Origin: Octopus bimaculoides | Taxonomy: Eukaryota | Direction: 5' to 3' | NCBI RefSeq assembly: GCF_001194135.2 | Contig: NC_068984.1 | Location: forward strand, 59,285,247 to 59,349,246 | Length of the DNA: 64,000 nucleotides | In this document: positions 1 through 13,571 of the stretch, piece after piece | Position numbering within the stretch: the stretch's first letter is position 1 | Layout: each line of letters starts with the position of its first letter | Notes under the pieces: generated by a model | Told to the model about the DNA's origin: nothing | What the model saw: only the letters and a program-made list of their open reading frames with translations | Database searches by the model: none | Position numbers and translations under genes: made by a program

Positions 1-109
1 ATCAAATGTAAATAATGTAAATATTAAACATATAAAAAAATATCGAAGCAAAGAAATATATTTCAGTAGTAATTACAGTGACATGATTACACTGGCAAAT
101 AAATATGCA

Positions 110-775
110 AGCATTGTCGTCGTCATCATCATTTAACATCTTCCTTCCATGCATGTGGATTGGATGGTTTGATAGGAGCTGGAAATCAAAAAAATGCACC
201 AAGCTCTGCTGTCAGCTATGGTATGGTTTCTACAGATGGATGTCCTTCCTAATGCCAAACACTTTACAGAGTGTACTGGGTACTTTTTACATGGCACCAG
301 CACCAGTGAGGTCACCAAGTAACTCGCAAGACAAAGACCCCTTGATTGAGTGGGGAGTAATATTGAGGGAAGTGGTTTTATGCCAAGTGGTGAGGGGTTA
401 GAGCAGTGGTTCTCAACCAGGGTCCATATGCCCCCTCAGGTTCCATTTAAGACTTTTGGGGGGGATCCACAGTTATTTATTAAGGGTCCATGAAAAAGTT
501 TTACTTTAGATGTATTTATTGCAAGAAACAGCTAGGTTTCTTTTTCTAACATTTTACATGTTTCAATCTTCATTAATATGTGAAAAACAAAAGAGGAATT
601 TTGAACTAGTTTATAAACATCGATTGACTATGGGGGTCCACCAGAATAAGATAGTAATCAAAGGGGTCATTAGGCAAAAAATGGCTGTGAACCACTGGGT
701 TAGAGTATGAATAGAGGGACAGAAACAGACATCTTGCAGTAAAGGAGATACATGACCATCTCAGATGGAGAGAGA
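110..775 (-). mobile_element. RTE-related SINE / short internally deleted element with (ATG)n tail, interrupted by a hAT MITE
   Basis: Shares the family core gatgtccttcctaatgccaa and tail catcatcatttaacatc with copies at 18116-18305, 23120-23340, 23470-23710, 27560-27860 and 59915-60240. Confidence 0.75.
404..697. mobile_element. hAT-type MITE with perfect 8-bp TSD
   Basis: TIRs cagtggttctcaacc and ggctgtgaaccactg. TSD ggttagag at both 396-403 and 698-705. Confidence 0.92.
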
Positions 776-2689
776 GAGGAAAGAAATATGGTGGAAATGT
801 AATGGGAGATTACATTTTACTCAAGTTACAGAGAAATATATATAAATGAAGTGAAAGCAAGGATTGCATATTGTGTGGGTGTACATTTAAGTTGTGTTTG
901 TGTTTAAAGCAATTTGTATTAACACAAGCTTGGTTGTGTAGTTAAGAAATTTGCTTCACAAGTATGTAGCTTCAGGTTTATTTCACTGCATGATACCTTG
1001 AACGAAGAGCTACTACAATAACCTTAGGTCAACCAACAAATTGTCAATGGGCTTTAGCAGATGAAAAACAGTCAGAAGCTTCTTGGAGGAACCATTTCTA
1101 TTATTAATGGCAGACATAATCCATCTCTTGGTTTAACACCACCACCTGACCTTTGGTGTCTCTTATAAAGAATAATCTTTTGCAAGCATTGGTCAGGTCT
1201 CCAATCTGAGGATAGCTTCCTTTGACTAGTCTCAGAGTTCATAAAACATGTCATGGGTGTTGCTCTTTCTTCCTCTGATGAAGCTGTTTAAAAGAAAACT
1301 TTTTTTTCTGAACCTGTATCACTGTTCTTTTGCTCAGTAAGGCTTACTAACTTTCTGATCAACCCACTATGCTTCTCTGTAGCTTATTTCAATAAATGGT
1401 TTCAACAAGATTTTAAAAAACACTATTACTTACTGTAAATTTGTTTAATATTCTTCTTGCTAAGTGATCATATCAAATACTTACTTTAAACAACCTCATA
1501 AAAACAGTATTAGTTCAAGGCTAGTCTACTACTTTTCAGAGTTATAGACTCATTATATCTGCTTAGGATCTATCTGTACAGTAATTAGATTGTTGTAGTT
1601 GTGGAAGTATATTTAATGGACAGAACATTAAAAGACCAATTTATATTCAGATATCTATATATATATTTTATAACATATTATTATTAATATCAGGAAATCA
1701 ATATTAGAAAATTCATCGGAAAGATATATACATGTGTAGAATAATTGTTGCATTAAAACTATATGTAAAAATATATGAAAATATGTATAAGTATAAATAT
1801 ATAATATAATCATAATAAATGTCAGATTAAAAATTTTGAATTAAGTTTTAATTTTTATGATCGTTTCACAAAAGCGCTGTCCTAATAATGGAATCCTATA
1901 TTGATAAGCATTTATAGACAACTCTTCTGCTCTTCAGAGATATAAAATTTTGAATTTGTATAATTTATCGAATGGTATTTTTTTTTTTTTAAATATGAAG
2001 TAATATTATAAAAAGGTGTTTGCTTGAAATATAAATCAAACATTAAAAATTACTGCTTTGCATTAACTAAAGATTTATTCAGATATCTAGTGAAAGAAAA
2101 TTAATATATTAATATCTTCTGCTGTTGAGTCTTCAACAAAAAGCAAAATTTGTCTGGAGTTCTTCCCAATACCTTTCAATGAAAAAATTAATCATTCAGT
2201 GGTATTGTTCCTTTTACAACATATCTGAATATACTGTTTTTTTTACTATTCTAATCGTTATGTGTTTTTATTCATAACTATATTGTTTTCAAAAATCCCA
2301 AGCATATATGAATGTAAGGAAATAGTCTCCCAAATTTGTGGTTTTCCAAATATGATCTTACTAGGATCTGTCTTTCTCTCTTTCCTATCTCTATATACAC
2401 AATACTCCAACTCATGCAAGGTGTTATATTTGGAAAGAATACATGTTAACAAATCTTTCAAAACTTGCTTGACTACTAAAAGGATTGTCATCATCACATG
2501 CAGTAAAATAAGAACCATGTATAAGGAAAACAATGATCTGAATAATACATGTTACTTTGTAGTAGAACGTGACTACAAAACGTTCTCACGCATTTGCTTC
2601 ATACTGTATTTCACAAAATGCACTGAACCGCAAAAGAAACATGAGTTGTGTGTGACTATGAAATATGTTTTAATTTCATTATGTTAGAG

Positions 2690-3790
2690 ATAAATTTTGA
2701 TAATTCTGATAAAGTCAATTTCTTGGATGCACTTTGACCACAGTCTGAGTTGTCGTGTTCTGGTAGTGGGCAGATCCAGCTCATCGAGATTGTAGGGCAT
2801 GACATGTTCAATACCGTGTATGCCTTCCCTGAGCATTCAAAACAGCCATACACCATTGGTACATGGGAGTGCATTAGGTGGTTCACAAAAGCCATTGACC
2901 CCTGTGCCCACACCTTGAGGAAAGCTGCCTCCAGTTACACACGAGTTGTCAGCCTTGGGACCACCTGGTTCAGCCGTCTCTGGATTTCGTCTGTATTCAA
3001 ATCTAGGCTGAGAGCTGGCCACAGCATGGTTCCAATGTTGTGCTGATGTCGGAAGTCCATAGTGACCCTGACCATGTGGAATGGAGTATTGTCCTACTGG
3101 AACATGTGGCTATGGTGATGCGCGAAGAGTGGTACGGTGAGGTCTTAGGATCTGGTCAACGCTGCGCTGTGATGCCATTCTCTCTGCCTGCACCAACATT
3201 TTGGAACACATGGGGCCCAATTCTCTGATTCAGGCCTATAGCACCCCAAAGCATGATGCTTTGGCCACCCTATGCATCTCTCTCCATGACACCTGTATCT
3301 CTGTAGTGTTCATCTCCCCTACACCACACTCTCACTCTGCCACCCAAGTTCCGGCTCTCATCAGAGAAGACTATCAACCTCTGTTGTTGATGCCACCAAT
3401 GTCAGTGTTGTGTACACACTGTAGTTGTGGCAGGTGGTAGGACAGGCTCTTGAGCAGGATGACAACAATGCAGGTTGTTGGCAGCCAGTCGACACCGTAC
3501 CGTGTCATCACTGATGGGTCAATGGTCTTGCAAGTTGTCACACTGGCCAGTTCAGAAGCCCATCATGTGTGTTGGGGCAGAGTGCATGTATGTGTGTTGG
3601 GAGCAGGGTGCATGTGTATGTGTGTGTATGAAAAAGCAATCTGATAAACTGGTGTGTCAAACAGAGGTATTTTGTTGTATTTATTCCACCAAGTTGTTTA
3701 GACACCTCTTTGCTATTTTTGCCATTGAAAATACAGTAAACACGCTTTCATACAATGATGAGAGCAATTTACATGGGGTAACTTTACATT
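2690..3790 (-). mobile_element. Decayed Tc1-like transposon (transposase pseudogene)
   Basis: Minus-strand translation gives FSDES, GGQSIMLWGAI, FQ*DN and WPALSLDLN (DDE motifs), broken by stops and frameshifts. Confidence 0.85.
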
Positions 3791-4375
3791 AAGGAGTGGA
3801 ACATACAATTTCCTGTTATTCAGATCGCTCATCAGTCAGAGTGGCTGTTCTAGGGCATCTTCCAGGGCAGCTCCTTTTCCATTTTGTCTGCTGGGACCAT
3901 GAGGTGGTCTGAATTACAGGAAATTGGACATTCCACTCCTTAATATAAAGTTACTCCATATAAATTGCTCTTAGTACAGTAAACTAGTTATTTGAAACTT
4001 ATAACCAGCAATGCAATTATTTTCAATATTCTTAATACAGAATGATGATAATATTGAAAGGATAAAAAACAGATGACATTAATATTTCCAGTTATGCTGG
4101 TAGAAAAATGATTTGTGTTATTGAGATACATTGCTTGCTTAGAAACTTGTGCCAGGACAATACACAAGAAGAACTATAGTTAAGAGATAATGCATACCTA
4201 TTACAACTTATACATTGATAAATGGTTATACTAAGTCACTTCAGATTAAAGATATTTTGAATGTGATACAAATATATAACGGTTCAATTGGGTTTTATTA
4301 ACATGTTATTTTAACAATTTGGTACTGAATCAAAACATATGAGTTACTTAGTGCCTATATATACATGTGTGTATA

Positions 4376-4750
4376 GGTGCAGACATAGCTGAGTGGTATG
4401 AGGTTGCTTCCCAACCTCATTGTCCTTGGGTCAGTCCCACTGTGTGGTACCTTGGGCAAGTGTCTTCTATTATAGTCTCAGCCAACCAAAACCTTTTTGA
4501 GCAGATTTGGTAGACAGACACCAAAAGAAGCTCATCAAATATATGTATGTGTATATATTACTGTCTCCTTGCCTTGATTTCATGTGATTGTTGTAAATGA
4601 ATGTCACCATCTTGCAAGTCATTCATAAAAATATGTCTGGTTGTGGGGAATGTTATCTTGAAACAAGTTAATGGTTGGTCACAGCTGTAGAAAATCTGCC
4701 TCCAAATTCCATCCAGTCCATGCAAGCATGGAAAAGTGGTCGTCAAAATA
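4376..4750 (+). mobile_element. tRNA-derived SINE with CORE-like segment and RTE-like tail
   Basis: A/B-box-like head, then ttgggcaagtgtcttct, a (TG)n spacer and the catgcaagcatggaaaagtgg tail. Relatives at 950-1070, 27180-27420, 50350-50520, 53760-53900 and 60795-61215. Confidence 0.8.
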
Positions 4751-5286
4751 ATGTTGTGTTTGTATGTGTATGTATGTGCATGCGCACATGCATGCATGTG
4801 AAACTTCCACAAGAATTATTTTATAAATTTCCTTTGTTAAATTGAAATGTTCAAACTAAGGTCAAATTTCACATAAAATGACAAATCTAAGCTAGAAGAT
4901 TCAACATCAAACAAAATATTTTTTTTCTTTTTATTTTACATAAAATATGGGTGAGAGATATAATATAACCTTTGTCTGTTTACTTTTATCTCATTACTAT
5001 TTAAATATTGAGTTCAAATTATCTATTCTCTTTGATTTGCAAAAATTAATCTTGTGCCAGTTCAAAAGAAATCATTATACAAGGCTGAAAGAAAAATGCA
5101 TTTTAACTTACATTTTTATTGAAATAAACCTCCACTAGAGAGGGTACAGTAAAAAGAAGAAAAATAAAAAGTTATTAATTCTATGAAGCATTTTAATGTA
5201 TTTAGAATGAGTGTATATGAGTACACAGATACTTTAAAATCAATATTTCCCATCGTTTTGCCTGTCCTACATATCAGCCCTAATTA

Positions 5287-6593
5287 TAAGGTTGTCAGAT
5301 AAATTTGTTCATTTTCTTTTTTCCCCCTCTTTTATTTTAATCTTTATTTTTCATCACCAATTTTAACAAATCAGTCAATAATATATTCTCCTTCATTGTT
5401 CATACTTCTTGCCAATGTCCCACTAGCTTGTCAAATGCTTTGATGGCAGAAATTACCTGGTCTTGACTAGAATTCATCAAGATGCATTTTCAGCTCCACT
5501 TTGTTGTGGAATAAAATGCCATGCAGATTGGTGGAGGGAGACTGTAAAAGATGATAATCTGAAGACATTATATCAGGAAAACACAGTGGATGTAGTAGAA
5601 CTTCCCAAATGAGCTCTTGAATAGCATTTTTAGTCAAATTAGCAATGTGGGGATGAGTTGTGTAGAAACTGCATGCCATATTGCCAATCAGGTTGTTTCA
5701 GCTGGATTGCATTGTTGAGCTGGTGTGTTTGCTGATTGTAAAACTCTTTACTGATTGCCCTTTTCAAGTATTTTGTAGCAGACTAGCTCTTCCCAATCCT
5801 ACCAAATGCAGATCATTGGCTTGAGGTGTTGCTTGCTTTTCAGGACTCAGCTGTTCTTTCTTCTTCTTCATATTGACATCATAAAGATACAATTTTTCAT
5901 TGTCAGTGACAATGCAGTGTAGAAATTTCTGTGTCCACAAGTAACCTTGTGTTAAGGGCAAGTAAACTGGTGGCAATAGAGGAGTACTGGAGTTTCTCTC
6001 TTTTGTTTAGAGCATGTGATACCTATGCACTAAGTTTTGGATCTTACCTCTTGAGTGAAGGTGATGGGTGATGGCATCATGAGAGCACCCCATCTGCTGG
6101 GCCAATTCCTTTATGAATTGGCATCGAACCTCATAGATGAGCTTGTTCAATCAATCATCATTGAACTGAACAGGTCAGCTGGAACACAGAGAATCTGAGA
6201 TCAAATTTCCCCTCCTGTAGCATCGTAAACTATTTCTGTGCAGTTCTTTCAGTTATAATGCCTTCTCCATACACAGTACAAATGTCTCAAGTAGCTTTGA
6301 CAGCTTTGGAACCTTAATTGAAAGCACAAAAAAGCAGGTGCTGAAAATACTCCCCCCCCCCCNNNNNNNNNNTTTTTTTTTTTTTTTTTAACCTGTCTGC
6401 TTGACACTACATCATCGGATGTCTGAAAAGAGATAAAAATTTCTTCAAATTTCATAAATAATAACCAGAAGACCAAAAGTTGTAGAGGAAGAATAGATCT
6501 ACAAAATCCCATAAAAAACATGTAATAAAAATATTTTCTGTCTTAATTGAAGTAACATTGCAAAGAAACAAACAAATTTATCTGACAACCCAA
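5287..6593 (-). mobile_element. Full-length (about 1.3 kb) decayed mariner element
   Basis: TIRs ggttgtcagataaatttgtt at 5290-5309 and 6571-6590, TA on the left flank. Transposase remnants FLHCIVTDNEK and HPLCFPDIMSSDYHL (VTGDEKW / YSPDLAPSDY motifs). Confidence 0.92.
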
Positions 6594-7512
6594 TCATCAA
6601 TCATCTTGTGAAAGCTTTTGGTCTTTAAAATTTTGGTATTTTAAAACCAATATTCCTATCAAAATCTCTTACTCATTATTGTTACTGTTATCACTAAATT
6701 AATTTTTTTTCCCCTTTTATTTAGTTAGGATTAGAAGGCTTTGGATTATGAAAAAAGAAACATTGTCCCATCACTTCTGTAAAATGTTTCTACTAAATAA
6801 ACTAAAGAAAGTTATTTTTTACACTACCAACATTTGATCTATTATGTTAATCAAATTTATATTTACTTTTGATGTTGTTATTTTTATCTTGTTTCTCAAG
6901 TGTGTATATTAGTGAGTGCGTGTATATTAATGTGTGTACGACAGAGAGCAAGAGAGAACAAGGTATTATACAAATACTGATATAAAAATTCTAAAATATA
7001 CCTGTTAGATAAAAGTCAGATTTTATCTTAAACAGTTTGTTCACATTTTAATCTTATTTTAAGAACCCTTTTGATAAAGAATATTTTGTTATAGATCAAA
7101 GCAATACAGTTCCAATTGCTGTTCAATTACTAATGAAATAGATAGAGATTAACTATCTAATTGGAGAGGCAGAATGATGTTGACAGTTATCTTATTAATC
7201 ACTGTTCTTCTCACTGATAATAATAATCCTGCCTTCATTCTACTGCTTCCTTTACAGTTGTGTCGGTGTTGCCTACCCTGGGCTACTGTAAGTTTTAGTT
7301 GATATACCCTGGCTAAAGTTGATAACCCCAACCTAGCCACATCTAAGTTGCCTTTACACGCTTTCCTTTTCCTTACCCTTATAAGATGATAATAATAATA
7401 ATGTTGGTGATGATAACAATGATTTCTTTTGAAGTGGGCATAAGGCCAGTTTTGCAAGAGTTACTATAGGATATATGATAGAACCAACAGCAATATTACT
7501 GGGGATTTTCTT

Positions 7513-7546
<34 letters not shown>

Positions 7547-7559
7547 CCTCTCAAAAGGA

Positions 7560-8000
7560 TAACAGGCAAAGTTAGCTACAACTAGATTTGAACTCAGTAT
7601 TAAATTGCATTTTGCTCAGTATTAAATCTCATGGTCAAATTCTGATGGGATTGAATTTATTATAACATCCCTTTAGGAAGGGGGTATTGATTTAATTGAC
7701 CAAACCTTGCCCCCAAAATGTGATGCCTTGTACCAAGGTAAGAAATCATTATTATTCAGTGAAATATTTCTGTTAGAAATCATTGTAATTAGTTCTTTAT
7801 GCTCTGAATTTCAAATATTATTGAGGTCAGCTTTGCCTTTCATCCTTCCATGAGGACAATGGAGAAGGTGGGGAGGATCAATAAGATCTGTACCAGTCCA
7901 AGTATTTGTGAGAGAGTGGTGGGGTCAATATATCAAATGTTCCCTCTTCTAAAATTTTTGGCCTTGTGCCTATTGTAAGAAATCATTATTATTATTATTA
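7560..8000 (+). mobile_element. Short head-to-tail run of Nin/Deu-domain-like tRNA SINEs
   Basis: ttgcctttcatccttcc domain and ggccttgtgccta...agaaatcattattatt tails are repeated. Confidence 0.65.
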
Positions 8001-9107
8001 TTATTAAAAAGCAATTTTGCCCAATGTTTTCGTCTTCCTTGCTATCTCAACCTTCTTTTTTCTCTGTTAATGCTTTCAGACATAAATCCTTTGTGTTTTA
8101 CAATTTTCAGTCAGTCATGATGAAAACTCAATTCCTTTCAATTATTATTCACACTTCTTTCATTTCAAAGATCTTTCATCATTTAGGTTAAGCTTATTGC
8201 CATTCTCATTATCAAAATTTCATTTTTTTCACCCCCTATTTTTTAAACTATTTTCTGTCTGCGCAGCAGAATGTAGCTACGTATAATTTATCTCTATTGC
8301 ATTCTTGGCTTCTAACTGGATTTCCTCTGTCTGTCTCTCTGTCTCTCTCTCTCTCCTCTTCCTTTCTGTTTTAGCGTTGCAAGAAGCAAGTTATGCTGCA
8401 TGATAGAACTGTCTGGGTTATCTTGTAGACTGACTACAGTGTATTAAATGATCCCTTCCATTTATATTGCTCCATGTTAGAAAAGAACCAAGAAATGCAA
8501 CATTTTTATTTTCAATTTCATTTTAGTAAAGTGGAAAATGAAGAAGTTACAACTATCATGTATTTCAGTACAAGTGATAGTTATCTAATTTAATTTGAAT
8601 GCCTTCAATTTAAAAAGAAAATCTACTCTAGCTTGTAGAACTCAATTGGATGGAGAAATGAAATCATTATAAAATGCATAAAAAGTATTGATATATATTT
8701 AAGGATTAACAACATTAGTAGTAGTAGTTGCTGTTTTAGTAAGTTGTAGCAGTAGCAAGTGCAGTCTGGCACTGTTTGCACTTCATCAGTAGTATCAAAT
8801 GGAAGAACTAAACCCTACAAAATGGACCAAATCAAGCCAAACCAAACAGTTTTATATGAAATATAAATTTCATTATTAGCTATTTTATGGTGACCCAAGA
8901 ACTTATTAGGTTATTAAACATTTCCATTTCATTTTTTTGTTTAGTTATTCATTTTATTTAGACTTACAATAAATTTTGTATGTTTTTGCTACTTTTTGGA
9001 CAGCAAAATCATCTTCATTCATTGCTATTTTATTGTTGTTTGGTTGTTTACATTCTGCTGTTTTCTTATGCTCTGACTTTGTATGGTAAACTATTTTATA
9101 TTTGTAG

Positions 9108-9194
9108 AGTAAATCCACACAAATCCGAGGATTCTGTTGGAGTAACAACACTGAAATTGTCTTTGTCACAGATCAGGCAGTGGAATTCTATCAA
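9108..9194 (+). CDS. RMC1: RMC1/C18orf8 internal exon 1 of 12 in window (SKSTQIRGFCWSNNTEIVFVTDQAVEFYQ)
   Basis: tttgtag acceptor, gtatgt donor, 87 nt, phase 0/0. Matches human RMC1 TKNANILGFCWTSSTEIVFITDQGIEFYQ as recalled. Confidence 0.95.
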
Positions 9195-10170
9195 GTATGT
9201 TGAAAATTTATAATTTTTTTCTAGCATATTTTTCTATGACTGAGGTAAGCATTGCAGCTGGCCAACTTGATAGAATGTTGGTCCACTGATGAAGAGAGTT
9301 TGTTGTAGTTGTTTAATCACCTCAAGGCATCCTTGACAGAAGGTTTTCCAGCTGTGAACATTATCATTTTGTACACTTTGCATTACATTGTACAATATTT
9401 CCTTCCTTTTTTTTTTTTTAAACAATAGGGTGTAGTTTAAGGTAAATGTGGATGTTATGTCTAACAAGTCTAGCAATTGTATAAAGACTCCTTCAATGGC
9501 TCAAAATGTTTCTGCTTTTGAGCACATGCTATGTCTATGACCAAAATAACAGCTGTACTGAAATTCTGTTTTTATTGATATTAATGCAACAAAAGCCTAA
9601 AGGGTTTTTGATTTTTGTCATCTTTAAATAGTGACCTTGGACATATAGACTGTAAAATAAATATAGTCATCAACAAATTATGGCAAGCCTATTATAACCG
9701 GAAAAATGTCTATTATCATCTATTAGATATTTCAATTATTTAATTTTTTTTTTTTTGTAAGTATCACTCCAAAGCAAGCTTCGCCTAGAATCCACCCTCT
9801 CTTTTCAAAAGCTTTCATCCCTTCATCCTTTAAGTCATGTCCTCTAAGCTCTAAATAGATACCAACAGCTCAGTTGTGTAAATATGGAAAGTAGAAATCT
9901 TGCAGCTCAGATTTTAACTTCCATCCCAACTTTGCCCCACAGCATAAATACAAAAGATAGCATTGATCAGCAAGGTTGAATGAATTATTAAATAATAATG
10001 TTGTTACATTGATGTTGATGCTGCTGATGAGGATGATGATGATGATGATGATTGTAATTTTCATAAACCTCCATAAATAGAGCATTTAATCAAACACTGT
10101 TTCTGATCTTTTGTACTGTTAACATTCTTCTTGAACTAAAATACTATTCAAATTTTTTTTGTCCTTGCAG

Positions 10171-10242
10171 ATTTCTCCAGAAAAAAAATCTTTGAAATGT
10201 CTTAAAACCTTTTCTCTGTCCATCAATTGGTTTGTTTGGCTA
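10171..10242 (+). CDS. RMC1: RMC1 exon (ISPEKKSLKCLKTFSLSINWFVWL)
   Basis: ccttgcag acceptor, gtaagt donor, 72 nt, in frame. Similar to human VLPEKRSLKLLKSHNLNVNWYMYC. Confidence 0.93.
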
Positions 10243-10479
10243 GTAAGTTACTAATTCTATTTTGTTGTTATTGACCATTTTCATACTAGTTACTATTTTA
10301 AATGAATTTAATAAGCCAAAGAATGTGTGTACACTCACACCAATTGGAGGATGCAGATAAGTTTGCTTTGTTATTTCTTGGTGAACCCAACATTTCTAGG
10401 CTTTTCGGCAAATCTGTTGTTACATAGGCCAGTGTTCCTATGAATATAGGTACAAACATAAATTTATAGTCTGGATATA

Positions 10480-11090
10480 AAAGCTATAAGTTTCTCATTA
10501 TTTCCTTTAGATGTTCTAGTTTTCTCCAATTTTAGATGCAACATCACATCAACTAGGTAGCTAACTGCTATAACAGTCCATGTACATGATTTTTATACAC
10601 TGTCTCATAGAATTATAGCAAACCTCTTTGCATCATGTTGCTGTTTTTGTTGGAATATTCCACCAGTATTCCTTATTTTTAAAGTTATGGATATATTTTG
10701 GTTCTAGTGTACCTTGGTATAACCATCTGGACTATCCTTCTTACAGATAGCTTTGTAAATGGTATTAACCTCAGTGTTATGTCTCATGGAAAGGTAATAC
10801 CTTACATACATTTTTGGACAGTTTCGTCATGTGGTTGATATGTACCACACCAGCATGATCAACATTCATTTTCTATCACAACATGGAGGCTCAGAAGTAT
10901 CTTTATTTCTTTTATTGATGAAGTATTTAATAGCTGTGTCTTGTTCCTGGATAGCAAAGGCATAGCCTTCTAGGTGAGATGTGAGTCTTCCACAAACCAT
11001 GGAAAGGCTGCACTTTGTCAGTATTGTCATTATGTATGTTAGGCATGTATGTCATTCTAACACTTAGAGAACTGAACTTAGCCTATATAT
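10480..11090 (-). mobile_element. Old RLE-type non-LTR retrotransposon fragment (R4/NeSL-like, RT C-terminus to zinc knuckle)
   Basis: Minus strand reads LTSHLEGYAFAIQEQ...CPKM..RYYL.MRH, equivalent to the AAQDQ / CCHC / RH region of RLE elements. Confidence 0.7.
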
Positions 11091-11604
11091 CATGAGTGTT
11101 GCAGGAAGAACACAAGAATGTTGTGTGTGATTGTTGAAGCTTCAAATGAAAGAAAATAAAGTTAAAAGTTGATGGAGAAACACTACAATTAGACAAGGAC
11201 TAGTGAGAGATATAATGAAACTGGCTTTATGCATTCATTCAACAAACTACCATTAAACATTGTGTGTTTATAAACACTTGATTCAAGCTACGGACTATTA
11301 TTGCCTGGCTAAGGCTAATTATGATTTAGACTGGACAAAACAGTAAGCTATTGTAATTATTTTGGCCAACCTTGCATATGTTTGTGTGTGTTATGGAAAT
11401 TTCCCATTTTAGTATTATATGGCCAGTTCTTCTGATGGAAGGCTATACAGTAGGGAACACTCCTGTAAGTTGGGGTGTGAACCAGTAATGGGGAGAAGTT
11501 AGAGAAGCTGGTGGAGGTAAATATTAGGAAATTGCATGATTTAAAAATCCTTGTATTTATGTCCCTTCAATCAGCTTTTTAATCTTTGTCAACTTCATTT
11601 ACAG

Positions 11605-11673
11605 CCTGTAAACTGTGTATTGTTAGTGTCTTCTGGAATTGTTGGCAATACTCTGAATCCATTCCAGTTCAAG
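11605..11673 (+). CDS. RMC1: RMC1 exon (PVNCVLLVSSGIVGNTLNPFQFK)
   Basis: tttacag acceptor, gtaagc donor, 69 nt. Similar to human PESAVILLSTTVLENVLQPFHFR. Confidence 0.93.
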
Positions 11674-13467
11674 GTAAGCTACTGGGCAGTTTCTACTGAT
11701 CTGTCAGGCAAAGTATTTAATATGTTTTGATGAGTGTGATCTTGTTTTACAGATACATTCTTTTATTTTATTAGTTTCAATCTATTTGGACTGTGACTAT
11801 ACTGGGACAGTGGCATCAAAGTTTTATATTTTTACTTGATTATATCAACTTCAGAACCGTTTTGTTTCTTATTCCTGTTAAATAGCTAAATCCACCATGG
11901 TGTAAAGGGACGTGAATCAAACTTGGTCTAAATACCAGAAGGTATATTTAATCAAGACCAATGTGTGAGCTATCCTTCTCTAATAATATATACACACTCA
12001 CACACTCTCTCTCACATATACGATGGGTTTCTGTCTACTGAATTCTATTCATAATGCATTGGACAACTCAAGGATTTAATAGAAATCACTTATCCAAGGA
12101 GCCAGTTTGGGATTGATCTTAGAGCAACATGATTTAAAGCTTATTTTATATTATTTATTTATTTTTTTAATAATTTCTTTAGTTTTCTATGCTAGTTCAG
12201 ATGGAATAGTGTGCATTATTTCCATATGGAAACAGAACGGTTCTTAGATTAAGGTACAGAAATACTGAGCACATTGTTATGAAGTGCAAACCTTGTAGAG
12301 GCACTGTGTTGTACAATTGGACAAGATGTTTCATTGTTTGTCTCAGTTTGCCTAACAGGATTGACAAAATTCCACTTCTAATTTATCATTGACTTCTCTT
12401 CAGTAAAAATAATTGCTTTTCAGTAAAAATAATTACTCCATCAAATATCATCCTACACTTGCTAACCAAGAAAAATTGGGTGTAAAACTGCACAGATAAA
12501 TCTAAATATTATTTTATTAGTTTCAGTCACTGAACTGTAACCATCCTGGGGCACCACCATCAAGAGTTTAGTCAACTATTTCATCTCCAGTACTTTTTTT
12601 CAGGCACTTATTTTATCAAATGTGAATGACAAAAGAGTAACACTGACTTGGGCAAGATTTGAGCTCAGAACATAAAACTATATCAATCAGTAAGGCCTCC
12701 AAAGAATTTTGTCCAACACCACTGATCCCGTTAATCCATCACCCTAAATATATATGAACTGTTGAAATAAACTTTTGGTTATTGCTAGTTGCCCAGTTAA
12801 ACTCTGCTACCTGGCTCTTGGGTGTCTTTAGTGGATTCCATTCTGTTGCAAGCATTGAAGCCAAGTCAGAAGATAATCTTTGGATCATGTTGCTCTTCCT
12901 CCTCTTTGTCATTGAAAATTATTTAAGGAGCACACCATTGTGATGGATTTTAGAATTTGATCTGGTAACCTTTCAATCACTGGTCTAGCATTTTAATCTC
13001 CTATTTTTATATTCCTTATTCTATCTCTTTTCTTTCTTTTGAAACTCATAAATAAGCACCTATCTATGTGATTGCTTCACTTGCTATAATAGCAACTAAT
13101 CTTCCTTAAATTACACCCTACTGACTTAAGAATATGTTAGTCCTAGAAATACTGTTTCCAAAAAACAAAAAAAGAAATGGTGGAATGATTGCAGCTGGAA
13201 TGCCTTTGAACAATTGCTTATTTGATCAAGACTGACTTGAGGCTAAGTTACAATCACATTTCTTTATGTATTTGCCTACCCAACTTAGCTGCAACAACCA
13301 CAGAACATAACATGTGCCCACATCACAGAGATGATTAGGTCCATGCTTCTACAGTTGGAAACACCTTCTTACAGAGTAATTTTTATTTAAATACCTTTTA
13401 TTGGAAAATAATACATTCTTTGTTTTGTTGTTAATATCTGAACAATTTTTTTCTTTTACTTTTTCAG

Positions 13468-13571
13468 CCTAGTACTGTAAATCGTCTGCCAAAATTTGAA
13501 GTAGACCTTCCAGCCGTACCTAAACCTGCTAAACAGACTTTACTGCAGCGGGATGTGACTATGGCTTGTCT
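13468..13571 (+). CDS. RMC1: RMC1 exon (PSTVNRLPKFEVDLPAVPKPAKQTLLQRDVTMACL)
   Basis: ttttcag acceptor, gtatgt donor, 104 nt, phase 0/2. LPKFE motif conserved with human KLPKFEIELP. Confidence 0.95.

Noticed and set aside
2365-2420. Possible upstream RMC1 exon ending QYSNSCK|gt
   Set aside because: The nearest AG gives 56 nt (wrong phase), the upstream residues do not resemble RMC1, and the donor GTGTTA is poor.
8750-8795. Minus-strand CTGATGA followed by a 6-bp stem (agtgca/tgcact)
   Set aside because: There is no GAAA after the stem, so the hammerhead core is incomplete.
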